A DNA stretch of 64,000 nucleotides, taken from the NCBI GenBank assembly GCA_965644315.1, contig CBFFRQ010000013.1, positions 744,001 through 808,000 on the forward strand. The letters are read 5' to 3'. The translations under genes and the position numbers were made by a program. This DNA comes from Caecitellus pseudoparvulus (Eukaryota > Protista > Bigyra: Bicosoecida). Position 1 is the stretch's first letter; each line of letters opens with the position of its first letter. Shown here piece by piece: positions 21,260 to 32,123 of this stretch. The notes under the pieces are model-generated. The model saw only the letters and a list, made by a program, of their open reading frames with translations. It had not been told where the DNA came from and ran no database searches.

Positions 21260-23471
21260 TCAGGCGGTCACCTTGGTCTCAGCGGCGCTGCCAAAGACGC
21301 CGGCCACGCGCTTGCGCAAGCCGCCGCCAGCCATGGGGGTGCCGTCATCGTCTGAGGCCATCACAGACTGCTTGCCAGTGGAAGGGTTGTGCACGAAGGA
21401 GCCGCCACCAGCCGACTTGCGCCCGACGAACACGTAGTAGGGGCACTGCAGCAGAGGCACGTAGGGGAAGCCGCCCCAGTTGACCTGGCGGTGCACCTCG
21501 TCGAACGTTGCGCGCAGCATCTGGATGTGCTGTGCGTTGAGGTTGACGCCGTCGTGCTGGAAGATGAAGGGCCAGAAGGTGCGTGTCCAAAGAGAGTGCT
21601 TCTTGGTGACGGTGAAGTCGCCGATGGCGATGAAGCCGCCAGGCTTCAGCAGAGTCTTGGCCACCTGCAGCGCCTGCTGCCAGTCAGGGATCATGGTCAG
21701 GGCGTAAGAGAAGGTGAGCACGTCGACAGTACCAGGAGCGGGCAGGCCGGGGGTGGAGATGTCGGTGGCGTCGCCCTCGATGAGGGACACCTTGCTGCCC
21801 CACCCACGCGCCTTGACGCGCTGCTTGGCGACCTCCAGCAGGGGCGCGCACAGGTCCAGGACGTACACCTGGCTCCACAGGCCAGCGTCAATGGTGTCTC
21901 CCATGAGCTCCAGGTTGGAGGCGGTGCCACCGCCCATGTCCAGCCAGACGCCGCCCTTGATGACGGGCATGCACTCCACCATGGGCACGCGGCCGTGCAG
22001 GAACCGGTGGCGGAAGGTGTCGTAGGAGCCAGCCTGGGCGGCGTAGAAAGATGCGAGGCGCGCCTTGTGGTCGCCGCCAGAGATGGGCTTGACGAAGTTG
22101 GAGAAGAGCACGGTCATGTCGTCCTTAAGGGTGGCAGGGGGCGCGTAGGTGTTGCGGGGCACGATCTCGAAGTTGGGGGTCTTGGTAGCCAGCCACGTCG
22201 TGTTGTACATGCCGACGCGGTCGGGCATGCGGGTGAGGGCATCCTCCACGCGGTGCTGGTGGAAGGTCAGATAGGAGAGGGGGGCAATGTGCTGGTGCTC
22301 AGCGTATGAGCGCCACAGGAAGACGCAGTCGGGGGCAGACTTCTGCATGAACACGGACCACTCGTCCAGGATCATGGAGTTGGGCATCCAGTCCATGTGG
22401 TCCAGCAGCACCATGCGGTTAAAGTGGCCATCCTCGTAGCGAGAGGCAGCCTCCTGCAGCGTGCCGTACTCGACGCGCACGCGGTGGGCGTTGGCCTTCA
22501 GCTTGGCGAAGTGCTCCTCCTGCAGGTAGCGGGGGCAGCACTCCTTGGTGTAGTGGCCGTAGAAGTACCCGAAGAAGTGGTAGTTGTCCTTGGAGATGTG
22601 GGTGTTCAGGAACAGGTTGTGCATCGCGCGCTCGGCGATGTTGCCGTCTGACAGAGCGATCTGGGAGGCAGGTACGGCGATGAAGGGGCACCAGAAGTGG
22701 CGGGTGGCGTGCACGAGGTTGATGACGATGGAGATGCGGGAGGAGTACTGGGCGAAGACGTGCTTCTGCTCCTCGATGGTGTTGCAGTGCTTGACGCCGT
22801 CAATGAGGCCGCCCAGCCCGAAGACGCGGGCCAGGAACATCAGGCCGCGGGCCGCCAGGCCGGACATGCCAGCGAAGAGGATGCCGTTGATGAGCTCGCT
22901 CTGGTTATCATCCCAGAAGGCGCGGGCCTGCTCGGACAGCAGGGGGCGCAGGTCCTTGGAGTAGTGCATGTCCAGGATAGCCTTGCGCTCGGCGGCAGCG
23001 CCCTCGGCAGAGAACAGAGCCCAGAACTGCTCGTAGGAGAGCTTCTGCACGCAGGCAAGCTTCATCTCCAGCAGGGCGTTCTGGCGGGGGTTCAGGTCAA
23101 CAGCCACAACCTCGCCTGCAAAGAACGGCAGTGAGGCGGGGACGATTGCAGCTCAGCGGGTGGATGGCGCTGCTGGCGGCCAGTGTCGGAAATTGCTGAC
23201 CAGCCATTGCACCTGCCTTGCTCACGCGCCAGGGCAGCCCGCGGTGGGAAAAATAACACAATCACGTACCAGCACCTTGGATGATGTAGTCCAGGACGTT
23301 GCAGCCGGCAGACGTCAGCATGAGCATGGAGGAGTTCTCGTCAAGGTCCAAAATGTCGCAGTCCACACGGGGGTCTTCCCAGGACACGTTGTAGATGATC
23401 TTGGCACCCAGCAGGGCAAACATCACTCGGTCCTGAAGCCAGGCAATGAATCGATCGAACCAGGCAAACAT
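21260..23471 (-). CDS. BTA1: Betaine lipid (DGTS) synthase: BtaA-like (DUF3419) N-domain + BtaB-like methyltransferase C-domain; intron 23269-23116
   Basis: BtaA motifs: [64 protein letters not shown]. BtaB motifs: [57 protein letters not shown]. Confidence 0.9.
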
Positions 23472-23723
23472 GGTGGCGGTGGTGGAGGGTGGCGGCGGCA
23501 CGAAGCACACGTGGCAGGCACGGTGGCAGCAGCGCGAACACGGCAGGGTGCAAGACAGCTGAGGGGCTGACTTGGCAGGAGAGAAGCGGTGAGCTGGTGG
23601 GTACCTGTGAAAAGAAAGGTGTCAGGCAACAGCCATTGCTTGGGCGGTGCTTCGTTGGGCGTCGGCTCGGCGCGCTAGCTGTGCCCCCCTGCAACCCCCC
23701 CACCTTCAAATGCCGCAGGCGCT

Positions 23724-24890
23724 CTACACCTGCACCGTGAGCTCCCGCACTTGTGTGAAGTCCCATGAGCGCCGCTGGCCGTAGAACCGCCTCAGCCAAT
23801 TCCCATGAGCGATCACAGCGACTGTCTTGACGCCGGGAGGGAACTTCCTCAAGGCTCGCCTGAATGCCTCAGCACGGGCCTGGGCATGCTCCTTGGGCTC
23901 AAACGGCACCGCGCCTGGCTGGGGGTCCTCGCCCCCCCGTTGCTCCTTTGTCAGCCACCACTTCCTCGGCAGTGTGAGTAGTTGCTGCCGAAGCCCGGAA
24001 TCACACCACGGAGTGACTTCCAGCGCTTGGAGGCCGCCACTGGGCAGCGTGTCCGGCAGCTCACACCCGCCACTGCGGTGCGTGGCAGGCTCTGTGAGCT
24101 CGGCATGCGAGATACACGCCTCCAGGCGCTCGAGCAATGTCGAGCCGCTCTGCCCTACGTCCCCCATGGAGCAGATGGTCTCACGGACGAGCGGGGTGAC
24201 CACGACAGGGACGGTGCCTGGCACAGCCTCTGCGGCTGCCACAGGCGGAGACCAAGCGCCACTTACAACCTCAGCAGCTGAAGTCTGATGGGATGCAGCA
24301 GGTTCAGTGGCACCATGCAGCCGCATGACGGCCCACGGGTCTTCAGCATCAGCCAGACCCTTCGCCGCCTTCCGGCAGCCCAGTGCACCCAGAGCCGGGG
24401 CCCACGAGCCCCCTGGTATGCCACTGGGCTGTGCCACGCCTAAGGGGGGCAGGGAGCATTCGATGCTGACACCCGATGTCTTGGTGACCCCAGCTGCTTC
24501 CTCCGCGCGCTGTCGACGACGCCTGCCCTTGGCGGCTGCAGCCGCTTCTTTCTTTCGTCGTCGCTCAAGGCCTGGGCGCAGCCGTCCAGGCTTCGCGGGT
24601 GGAGCAGACGCTGCGGCAGCTTCGCTTGGTGGGCTGAGTTCTGGGTTCGCTCGGGCCACTCGCTGGGCGGCACCCAGCGCGATGCACGTGGTCTGCAATG
24701 CCCGAAGGAGCGGACTCGTCACCACTGCATCTACGCTGTGCTGGCTCAGCACGAACTGGCCAAGATGAATGGCTTGCTGCACACCAAGCTGACTCAGGGG
24801 GGTGTTGCGCTTGGAGTACCCCTGGGTCTTGGCATGCCGAATGAGGAGAATGCGGAAGGAACGTTTCTCCCCTCTTTCCGCACTTGCCAT
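23724..24890 (-). CDS. Histidine phosphatase / phosphoglycerate mutase family protein
   Basis: ILLIRHAKT, PLSQLGVQQA, VVTSPLLRALQT, PLVRE, VAVIAHG; a long low-complexity insertion splits the domain. Confidence 0.85.
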   Translation of the reverse strand: MASAERGEKRSFRILLIRHAKTQGYSKRNTPLSQLGVQQAIHLGQFVLSQHSVDAVVTSPLLRALQTTCIALGAAQRVARANPELSPPSEAAAASAPPAKPGRLRPGLERRRKKEAAAAAKGRRRRQRAEEAAGVTKTSGVSIECSLPPLGVAQPSGIPGGSWAPALGALGCRKAAKGLADAEDPWAVMRLHGATEPAASHQTSAAEVVSGAWSPPVAAAEAVPGTVPVVVTPLVRETICSMGDVGQSGSTLLERLEACISHAELTEPATHRSGGCELPDTLPSGGLQALEVTPWCDSGLRQQLLTLPRKWWLTKEQRGGEDPQPGAVPFEPKEHAQARAEAFRRALRKFPPGVKTVAVIAHGNWLRRFYGQRRSWDFTQVRELTVQV

Positions 24891-25058
24891 GGTGAAGCCA
24901 GTCACACAGAAGGCAAGAACATGCGGGCAGCTGCACCGCGACAAGGAAGGTGTGCATGAAGGTGTTTGAATTGCTGTCAAGTTTGCCGCCTGGTGGGGGC
25001 GAGCAGAGTGGCACCCCAATGTTGCGGCGGCGTGGTGGGCCTCGCCAACATTTCCCCG

Positions 25059-27482
25059 TCACCCTTCGTCCCAACTTGAAGGCTGCGCCGATTCCAGACG
25101 AGGACCTGGGTACGCCTGGCTTGTTGGCATTGTACTTGACACCGGTGTCAGCTGCTGAGATGCTGCTTCTTCGGCTCCCTGCAGTGTGGACTCAGGCGAC
25201 AGCAGCTGGCTGCGCAGCATCTCGCCAAACACCTCGCCTCCCCCCGGCCCGGACCAGCTGCCATCTTGGGAGAACCATTGACCCCCCTGCCCCTGCGCGT
25301 GGCTTGTGTCCAGATCTTCTTCACATGGCCCTGCGATCGCTTCCGTGTTCTGGCTGGCCTGCACAAGCTGGGAGTGGTCCACGGACGGACATGGGCGCTT
25401 GGGGGGAGGCACGGCGAACCCGTCCGGGTCCACACGCTTCTGCACCCGGTCTCGGCTGCGAGCTCTCTTCTGCACACAGTGCCCGCCACTTGCTTGTGCA
25501 GCTTGCCACAGCTCGCGCAGCGGGGGAAACAAAGGCACCTTCCCCCCCCTTGCCTCCAGCACCGGCATGCTCACAACCACCAGCTCCTCCTCCTCCTCCT
25601 CCTCCTCCTCCTCCTCCTCTACGCCACTGCCTGCTGTGTGAGAGTCGCTGAACCCACGCGTTGGGGCACTGCCCCCGTCTGAGGCACTTCCCTGGGAGGC
25701 TCCCCAAAGGCCGTGCCCACCCTCTGACCCGCCCCAGTCCAGCTGGGGCGTGGAGGTGTTCCCCGTCACAGTCACGAGCCGGCGCAAGGGGGGTGCAATG
25801 GGCGTGGCGTCGAAGGATGCCGTGGCATCCACGGGGCTGCTTGCTGAGAGAGGAAGTGCCCCCTCGCCAGTGCCTCCTGCCTGGCCTGTCCCCCTCGGCA
25901 GTGTCGCATGCTGCCCGCTGCTCGCCCCTAAGGCGTCTTCCCCGCTGGAAGTCGTGAGAGTGCTGGGCCGTCCCTGCCCTGTCCCACCTGAGCATGTCAG
26001 CGTGCCGCTGGATGCAGAGGTGTGCAGCACTCGCCCACCCGACAGCGTACTGAGGGAGGCAGACGCTGACACGGGCGCCGAGCCCTGGCCAGCCTGTCCT
26101 CCCTGCTGGTCGCTGGCAGACGGGGGCAGCTGCTCCGCGCCAGAGCTGGGCGCAAGGAAAGCTCTGGCCAGAGCATCTGCCATGCTCTGGTCGCCGCGGG
26201 CTCCTTTCGTTCCGGGGCTGGGCACAGCCCCTCCCTTCGGCGGCTGCAGGTCATCCCACTCGCCGGCATCCGAGTCACTTCCCCATCCGCTGGGTGCCTG
26301 CGTCAGGGGCGCTTGGATAGCTACTGGCGCCTGCTGGTCAGGTGAGGCAGTAGGGCTGCCATTTTGCAGTTCAGGAGTCGCTGGGCTCTGCACAGCGGGG
26401 GCCTCGGACTCTGAGCCGTCCTCGCTGCCAAGGTCAGAGTCGTGGAAAATGTCCGCAGTTAGCGGACCGGTGCAGGGAGGGACTGAAGGGCTTCGGTGCT
26501 GCTGAGCTGCTGTCCGTTCAGGCGTGGATGCAGCCTGGGACTGCGGCGAGGTTGCATGCGCCTGCACCGCTTCGTCGTTGTCGCCCTGCTCAGAGGGTGA
26601 CTTCCGCCTCGCTGGAGTACTCTGCCTCACCTCACAATCAGATGGAGCTGCAGCCTCACGAGCGAGGGGTGAGTCAACTTCAACTGGAACAACGCCGTTA
26701 CTCAAGCTCTCTGTGTGCTTCACAGCAGGGGGTGACTGGCCTGGGAGCTGGGGAGGCTCAGAGCGGGGTCCGAAACGCAGCATGTGTGCTGCGCTGACGG
26801 AAGCTGCTGAAATCTGTGCCTCAGCACGGGACAGCGGCAAAATGGGTGGGCGCTGTATGCTCTGCAAGCCAGACACGCCGATCTGCATCACACGCTGCAC
26901 TTTGGAGTCCTCCACGTTGTATCCGTCGAGCCATGGCACGCGGTTTGCCCTGGCAGTCGCGGTCATGCTGGCCCACACGCTCGCCACCTCGGGCGCATCG
27001 CACACATGCTTGACAGCGTTGGAAGAGTCGGCCTCATCCAAACCAATGCCTGCACCTGCAGCGACAAAGTCAATGGCCTGCACCAGGACGCCCACGTCTG
27101 GCACGGCAGCATCGCAGCGAGGCAAAGCAACGAAGGAGTACTTGCTGAGGTGGAAGACACACCCAATGGCGTCCCGCCCCCAACCCCGACTGTGGAGAGT
27201 TTCAGCCACTGAATCATCCAAGTGTGCCTGAATGAACCACTTCGTGTCGCTGACGATGATGTCCTTGTCCCCAAGCGTCCGCATGATGGTCACTGCCGGG
27301 CGCTCGGGCAGAGGTGCTGAAACGGCAGACGAAACGCTGGTCCTGGCACGCGCAGCAGCTCCGAAGCGGTACCCGGCATAGGATTCAACGAGCGGAGTCG
27401 TTGAACGTGTTGAGAGGCTTGGGTCAAACGTCAGCTGTGCCTCCAGGGCTTGGAAGATCCAAGGGCTCACGTACGACGACAT
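25059..27482 (-). CDS. Putative TPP1/ACD/Est3-like telomeric OB-fold protein with a long disordered C-terminus
   Basis: N-terminal YVSPWIFQAL (cf. TPP1 LRPWIRELI) and IIVSDTKWFIQAHL (cf. LVSDGTHSVRC), then IGCVFHLSKYSF, followed by a Ser/Pro/acidic disordered region. Confidence 0.55.
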   Translation of the reverse strand: MSSYVSPWIFQALEAQLTFDPSLSTRSTTPLVESYAGYRFGAAARARTSVSSAVSAPLPERPAVTIMRTLGDKDIIVSDTKWFIQAHLDDSVAETLHSRGWGRDAIGCVFHLSKYSFVALPRCDAAVPDVGVLVQAIDFVAAGAGIGLDEADSSNAVKHVCDAPEVASVWASMTATARANRVPWLDGYNVEDSKVQRVMQIGVSGLQSIQRPPILPLSRAEAQISAASVSAAHMLRFGPRSEPPQLPGQSPPAVKHTESLSNGVVPVEVDSPLAREAAAPSDCEVRQSTPARRKSPSEQGDNDEAVQAHATSPQSQAASTPERTAAQQHRSPSVPPCTGPLTADIFHDSDLGSEDGSESEAPAVQSPATPELQNGSPTASPDQQAPVAIQAPLTQAPSGWGSDSDAGEWDDLQPPKGGAVPSPGTKGARGDQSMADALARAFLAPSSGAEQLPPSASDQQGGQAGQGSAPVSASASLSTLSGGRVLHTSASSGTLTCSGGTGQGRPSTLTTSSGEDALGASSGQHATLPRGTGQAGGTGEGALPLSASSPVDATASFDATPIAPPLRRLVTVTGNTSTPQLDWGGSEGGHGLWGASQGSASDGGSAPTRGFSDSHTAGSGVEEEEEEEEEEEELVVVSMPVLEARGGKVPLFPPLRELWQAAQASGGHCVQKRARSRDRVQKRVDPDGFAVPPPKRPCPSVDHSQLVQASQNTEAIAGPCEEDLDTSHAQGQGGQWFSQDGSWSGPGGGEVFGEMLRSQLLSPESTLQGAEEAASQQLTPVSSTMPTSQAYPGPRLESAQPSSWDEG
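25584..25619 (-). repeat. (GAG)n microsatellite encoding poly-Glu
   Basis: About 11-12 CTC units on the plus strand. Confidence 0.9.
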
Positions 27483-27912
27483 GGCATCAGGTGGCAAAGG
27501 TGGCCTGGTTTGGGACGGGAAGTAGCTGCAGGCTCGCCACCGCCGCTCGCCGCAACGGCGAGGACAAAGAGCCAGAAAGACCCAGACACTTGACCATTCG
27601 GAGGGGGTGTGTGGTCGGTGTTGGGAAATTTTGCGAGCGATGTGTGTGTGGCTGCTGGCTCTGGCTTGGAGCAGCACACGAGCGAGGGGTACATCGGCCT
27701 CCAGCAAAACGGCCGCACGCCAGCGTGCACTCGCAAGCATGAGGTCAAAACGATAGAAAAAACGATACTCAACAGCAGAATTGCTTGCACTTGTGCTCGT
27801 GCAGCTCTTTGTGGGCCCCCAGCTTCTGCCCCTCTGACAGGCGCAGACTGCCGTTGCAGCGCACGCAAGGATGGAGATCGCTCCTGCTCTCCCCCGAGGT
27901 GGAGGTCTGGAC

Positions 27913-29845
27913 ATGGCCAGCATGAACGAGCAGCTCATGACGCAAATGGAAGCCATGAAGATCATCCGGGCACAGCGACGACGAGACATGCAAAGGCTCA
28001 ACGGTATGATGATGAAAGTGCTGGTGAGTGCGGAACTTGCCCCGCCGCGCCACGCGCTTGGGGCGACAGCGCAGGCCTTGTCCAGCACGCGAGGCACTCA
28101 CGCTGGCATGCCTGATGTGGTGCAGGAGCAAGGATGTCATGTGAAGAGCTTCTCCAAGCGGCAGGTTGGCACTGCTGTGACAGCCTTGACCACCAACCCC
28201 ATGCAGTACGAGGCGGTGCAGGTGCGTAACGCGAGGTGACACAACGGCGAGCACCAAGCCAAGCTTTGGAATCCTGGGAGATTCCAAAAGGCACGAAACC
28301 CTCCCATGCTAATTTCATCGCCTTGCGCGTGTGAAATCACGCTTGCAGCCTGTCTTTCATGTGCCACCAGCTCCTGTGACAGTTGTGTCAAGGGCCCGCC
28401 CGTTGCAACTTCCGCAGACTGTAGTGAAGGCGGTGCAAAGCACCATCCAGAACATCAAGACTGGCCCACGGCACGATCTGCGATTGCTGGAGGATGCCGA
28501 GGACGAGGTTGACATCGAAGTCGCCTCCATCAGCGAGAGCGAAGCTGAGCGCTTCCGTGGCATGGACGGCAAGGGCTCCACTGGCTCGGAGACAGCGACA
28601 GTCACAGTGGACCGCATGCGCTTTCTGGAAGACCAACTGAAGCAGCTCCAGCAGCAACTCGCTTCCTTCAATGACAAGTCCAAGGCCAGCCCGATCAAGC
28701 ATGAGGCCTCCCAGTCGGCCGTCACAGACCCAGCCGCAGCATCCCTTGCTGAGCTAGCCGTCGGCCTGCAAGCCTTGGACAGCTCCTCAGGCACGCAAAG
28801 CGAGGCAGCTGAGACGCCCCCTACTGAGCAAAGTGGCCAGGCCCCTGACTCACGCCCAAACATGGTGGCAGTTCTGCAGGGCATGTCCTCCGTCAAGGCT
28901 GGCCTGCGCAAAGCCCCGTCAGTGCAGAGGCACGAGGCAGAGCCCACAGGCATCGCAGGGGTCTTGCACAGGAGCCTGAACAAGCGCTATGCAGCGCTGC
29001 ACGGGGACGATGACGAAGACAGCATCGCCTCGTCGGGCAGCTTCGAGTCCCCAGCGGGCACACACGCAGTCATCCCCAGGGCCGCCGCGCCACGCACATT
29101 GTCACCGTTGGCCGCGAAGAAGACTCCCATGCAAGGCAGTGCCTCCAGCACTGGGTCATCCGGCAGCCGAGGCGGGCGCAGGGCACTTTCTGGTCGCGCT
29201 AGGCGCCGGCTGAGCCAGGAGTCAGCTGGAGGCCAAGGATCACCCTCCCCCAGCGCAGCAGCCACGCCGTCTGGGCGGCGAAGCCTGTCAAGTGCAATGG
29301 TGCCCCTCCCGAATGCCATGGCTATGCCCTTCGTGGAGCAGGAGGACAAGGGAGACTCTGCGCCTGCATCTGCCGCTGGGCTGCCTCGGCCTCCTCAGGG
29401 CCTCCTGGGCGCCATTCGCGCTGCAGGCGGCGCGAAGGCGCTGAAGGGCAAGAAGGGCAAGAAAGCGGCCCCAGCGCCCAAGGAGACAGATGCAGAAGGA
29501 GGAAAGTCAGCTGGCATCCCCCCGCGACCTGCCGCTGGCGGGCTCCTGGGTGCCATTCAAAGTTTCAAGAAGGACAAGCTGCGAAAGCGCTCCAAGCCTG
29601 CTACGAGCAGGTCAGCGACTGCGGTGGGGTCTGGGGCGAGCTCCAGCAAGCCAAAGCGCGCCCAATCCTTTGCGGGTGCCTTGCAGAGTGCTGCTGCTCG
29701 CATGAACAAACGCAAGGCCGCCAAGAAGTCAGCTCCGACTCCGGCACCTGCCGCCGCCCCAGCGCCAACACACTCGAACCCCCTTGCAGCTCAACTGGCA
29801 GGCGTGAAGTTGAAGTCCACAGGGCGGCGTCAGCAACTTGCATAA
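27913..29845 (+). CDS. MTFR1-like / WH2-motif protein; two introns (approx. 28024-28125 and 28222-28417)
   Basis: Coiled coil DRMRFLEDQLKQLQQQLA, then PNMVAVLQGMSSVKAGLRK and GIAGVLHRSLNKRYA. WH2-like motifs GLLGAIRAAGGAKALK, GGLLGAIQSFKKDKLRK, NPLAAQLAGVKLKST. Confidence 0.6.
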
Positions 29846-29944
29846 AGCTGCTGTGTGCCGGGAGGCGATGCCTGAGGGTAGAGAATGCACTCAGTCTTCG
29901 CAAAGCGTGGCCGACAAGCCTCGTCACACTTGCATTGTACATGA

Positions 29945-31401
29945 CTACGCTGCCTTCACCCGCTTGGCGCGGCATGCGGTTCGAGCAGGCACCTCCACAT
30001 ACTTGTAAACCACAATGGTGGCTATCGCAGTCGCCAGCGCAACGATGGGAATGCCCCACACTGGGAGGAGCCTGCGCTCTTTGAAGTATGCCGCACGCGA
30101 GTCTTCACAAGCTTGCCAAGCAGCCCCCGAGCTCGCGCCGACCCGTGTTGCGCACGTATCGATGGCCCACCCTTCGGGTCGCTCCACAGGCCCGTGCAGA
30201 GCAAGTGCAAAGGCATCGATGAGGGGGAAATGCACCAGGTACAGTGAGAGGGACACCTCGCCCAGGGCCAGAGCCCACGGGTGCCGGAGCATGCGGGTCC
30301 ACACGCTGCCTCCGCCGTCCATGGTCAGGGCCACAATGACGATAATCATGTTCAGAGTCAGGAACATCTGCGCCCAGAGAGCAGCCAGCATCTGCACGCC
30401 AGCGATTTCAAGCACCACGCATGCGCCCAGCACACCCGCAATGATGCTGGAGTGACGCCAGTTCACCTCGGCCCAGGCCTTCGGTCCAGCAATGACCTCA
30501 GTCTGTGGCACCTGGTTGTGGCAACGAGCGCATGCGCTGCACTGCGTAAAGGGGCTGCTGAACCACTCCAATGCGCCGTCGTCTGATGCGCGAGTGCGGA
30601 GCACGCCAGCAGCCACCCCCATCCAGAACAGTGGCATGCGGGACAGTGGATGCATGGTGGCGACCTGAAATGGCAAGACTGCTCCCCACAGTAGCATGGC
30701 TGCAAAGAGGCCAATGCCAATCACGCACTGCGCCCAGAACCAGAAAGTAATGCTGCTAAGCAGGGCTGCGCTGGGCATTCGCTGAGCACGGCTCAGCATG
30801 GCGGGGAACAACAGCCAGAACACTGCCAACGTGCACACAGTCCAAGCGGGGCCGTTAAGGGGGCTGCCCAAATAAAATGAAAACAGCGTCGTTGATAGGG
30901 TCGCGTTAGAGATCAGTGTGGACACCGCTTGGAACGGTGTGAACCACATCTGCCCAAACCCAAGCGCGCTCAGGGGAATGCCAGGGAGCGAGGAAAGGTA
31001 GTACACTGGGACCACACGGGCAATGCGATTTTGCCACCAAGGCCACAGGTCCATGCGCTTGCCCGTGCCTTGGGGGTGGAGTTTGTCCTGTACCTTTCCC
31101 CCATCCCCAAACAGGTTGACCCCGGTCCGGAAACAGCCCACAGTTCCCTCCTCATTCACTGGCCCTTTTCCCCCGTACACCACAGCCATTGTAAAGCCCG
31201 ACAGCATCAAAAAGAAGGGAAGGATGCTGCTGCCCTGTGGGAAACAGGCGACGAGGCCAAGTACGCGTGGGCAAGTGCAACTGGCTTAGCGGGGCTTCAG
31301 AGACGAACCTGGATGTCCCACTGCAAGGGTGAAAAGAAGACGAAATGAAACAGTGCAATGTGCACTGAAAGAATTCCACGCAGCCCCACATGGGCGGACA
31401 T
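29945..31401 (-). CDS. Acyltransferase family 3 (OafA/OatA-like membrane O-acyltransferase); intron 31308-31235; start uncertain
   Basis: GLRGILSVHIALFH, FFLMLSGF, NRIARVVPVYY, NGPAWTVCT..FWLLFP, LGEVSLSLYLVHFP, YKYVEVPAR. Confidence 0.9.
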
Positions 31402-32123
31402 GTCCACGCGCACGGGAGCCTTTGTCGCGGACGCCGGAGCAGCCTCAGCGCTGGCTTGCTGGCTCACGCCAGAGGACAGGGAAGGCGTAGGTACTGCACT
31501 TCCGGGCGCACCTGCGCTACCTCGGTGCCCTGCAAGAGGGGAGCAGGGTCTGGTTGCGTACCAGCATGCTTCAGGAAGAGCACCTTGTGCGCAGGCCTTG
31601 CTCGCAAGAGCTGGGCAGGTTCCCAGCAGGCGAGGAAACCTCTGAAGGTTCTGCTCACGCCAGGGGCGCTCAGTGGCTCCCAAGTGTGGAGATCAAAGTT
31701 TGAAGCATGCACACTTGCCCGTACCTTCAGTTTCGGTCAATCCTTGAGCCATGTTTGCTTGGCAATGGCGTCTGCGGAAATGATGCAAGTCAGGCCGCTG
31801 CGACCGCGAGCGCAAACCGCCTTCCCACGCTGCACGCGACGGCAGTAAACGAAAGCAGACTCGAAAATAAAAAGGATCATTGTCTTTGGTTTGAGTTGTT
31901 TATGATGTTTTGCGCGGCGATGAAGTTTTTACGGAGTGTTGTGCAGCGCGAGGAAGGTCCAAAGCAAGTGCTGGCCAGAGACAGGCAGGAGAACATTCAC
32001 GAGTGTGCACTCCGCCAAAAGCCACGCTGCATAGTGCGAGCCCGAGAGGCTGACCTTGTCTTTCCGTCACACAAACTCGCGGGCGCCAGACCAGCACTGT
32101 GGTGGCTGCGCCAGCCATGGGTC

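Noticed and set aside
27483-28097. N-terminal extension of the 1012-aa minus-strand ORF
   Set aside because: It overlaps the divergent plus-strand gene and its promoter; the TPP1-like PWI motif places the start at 27482.
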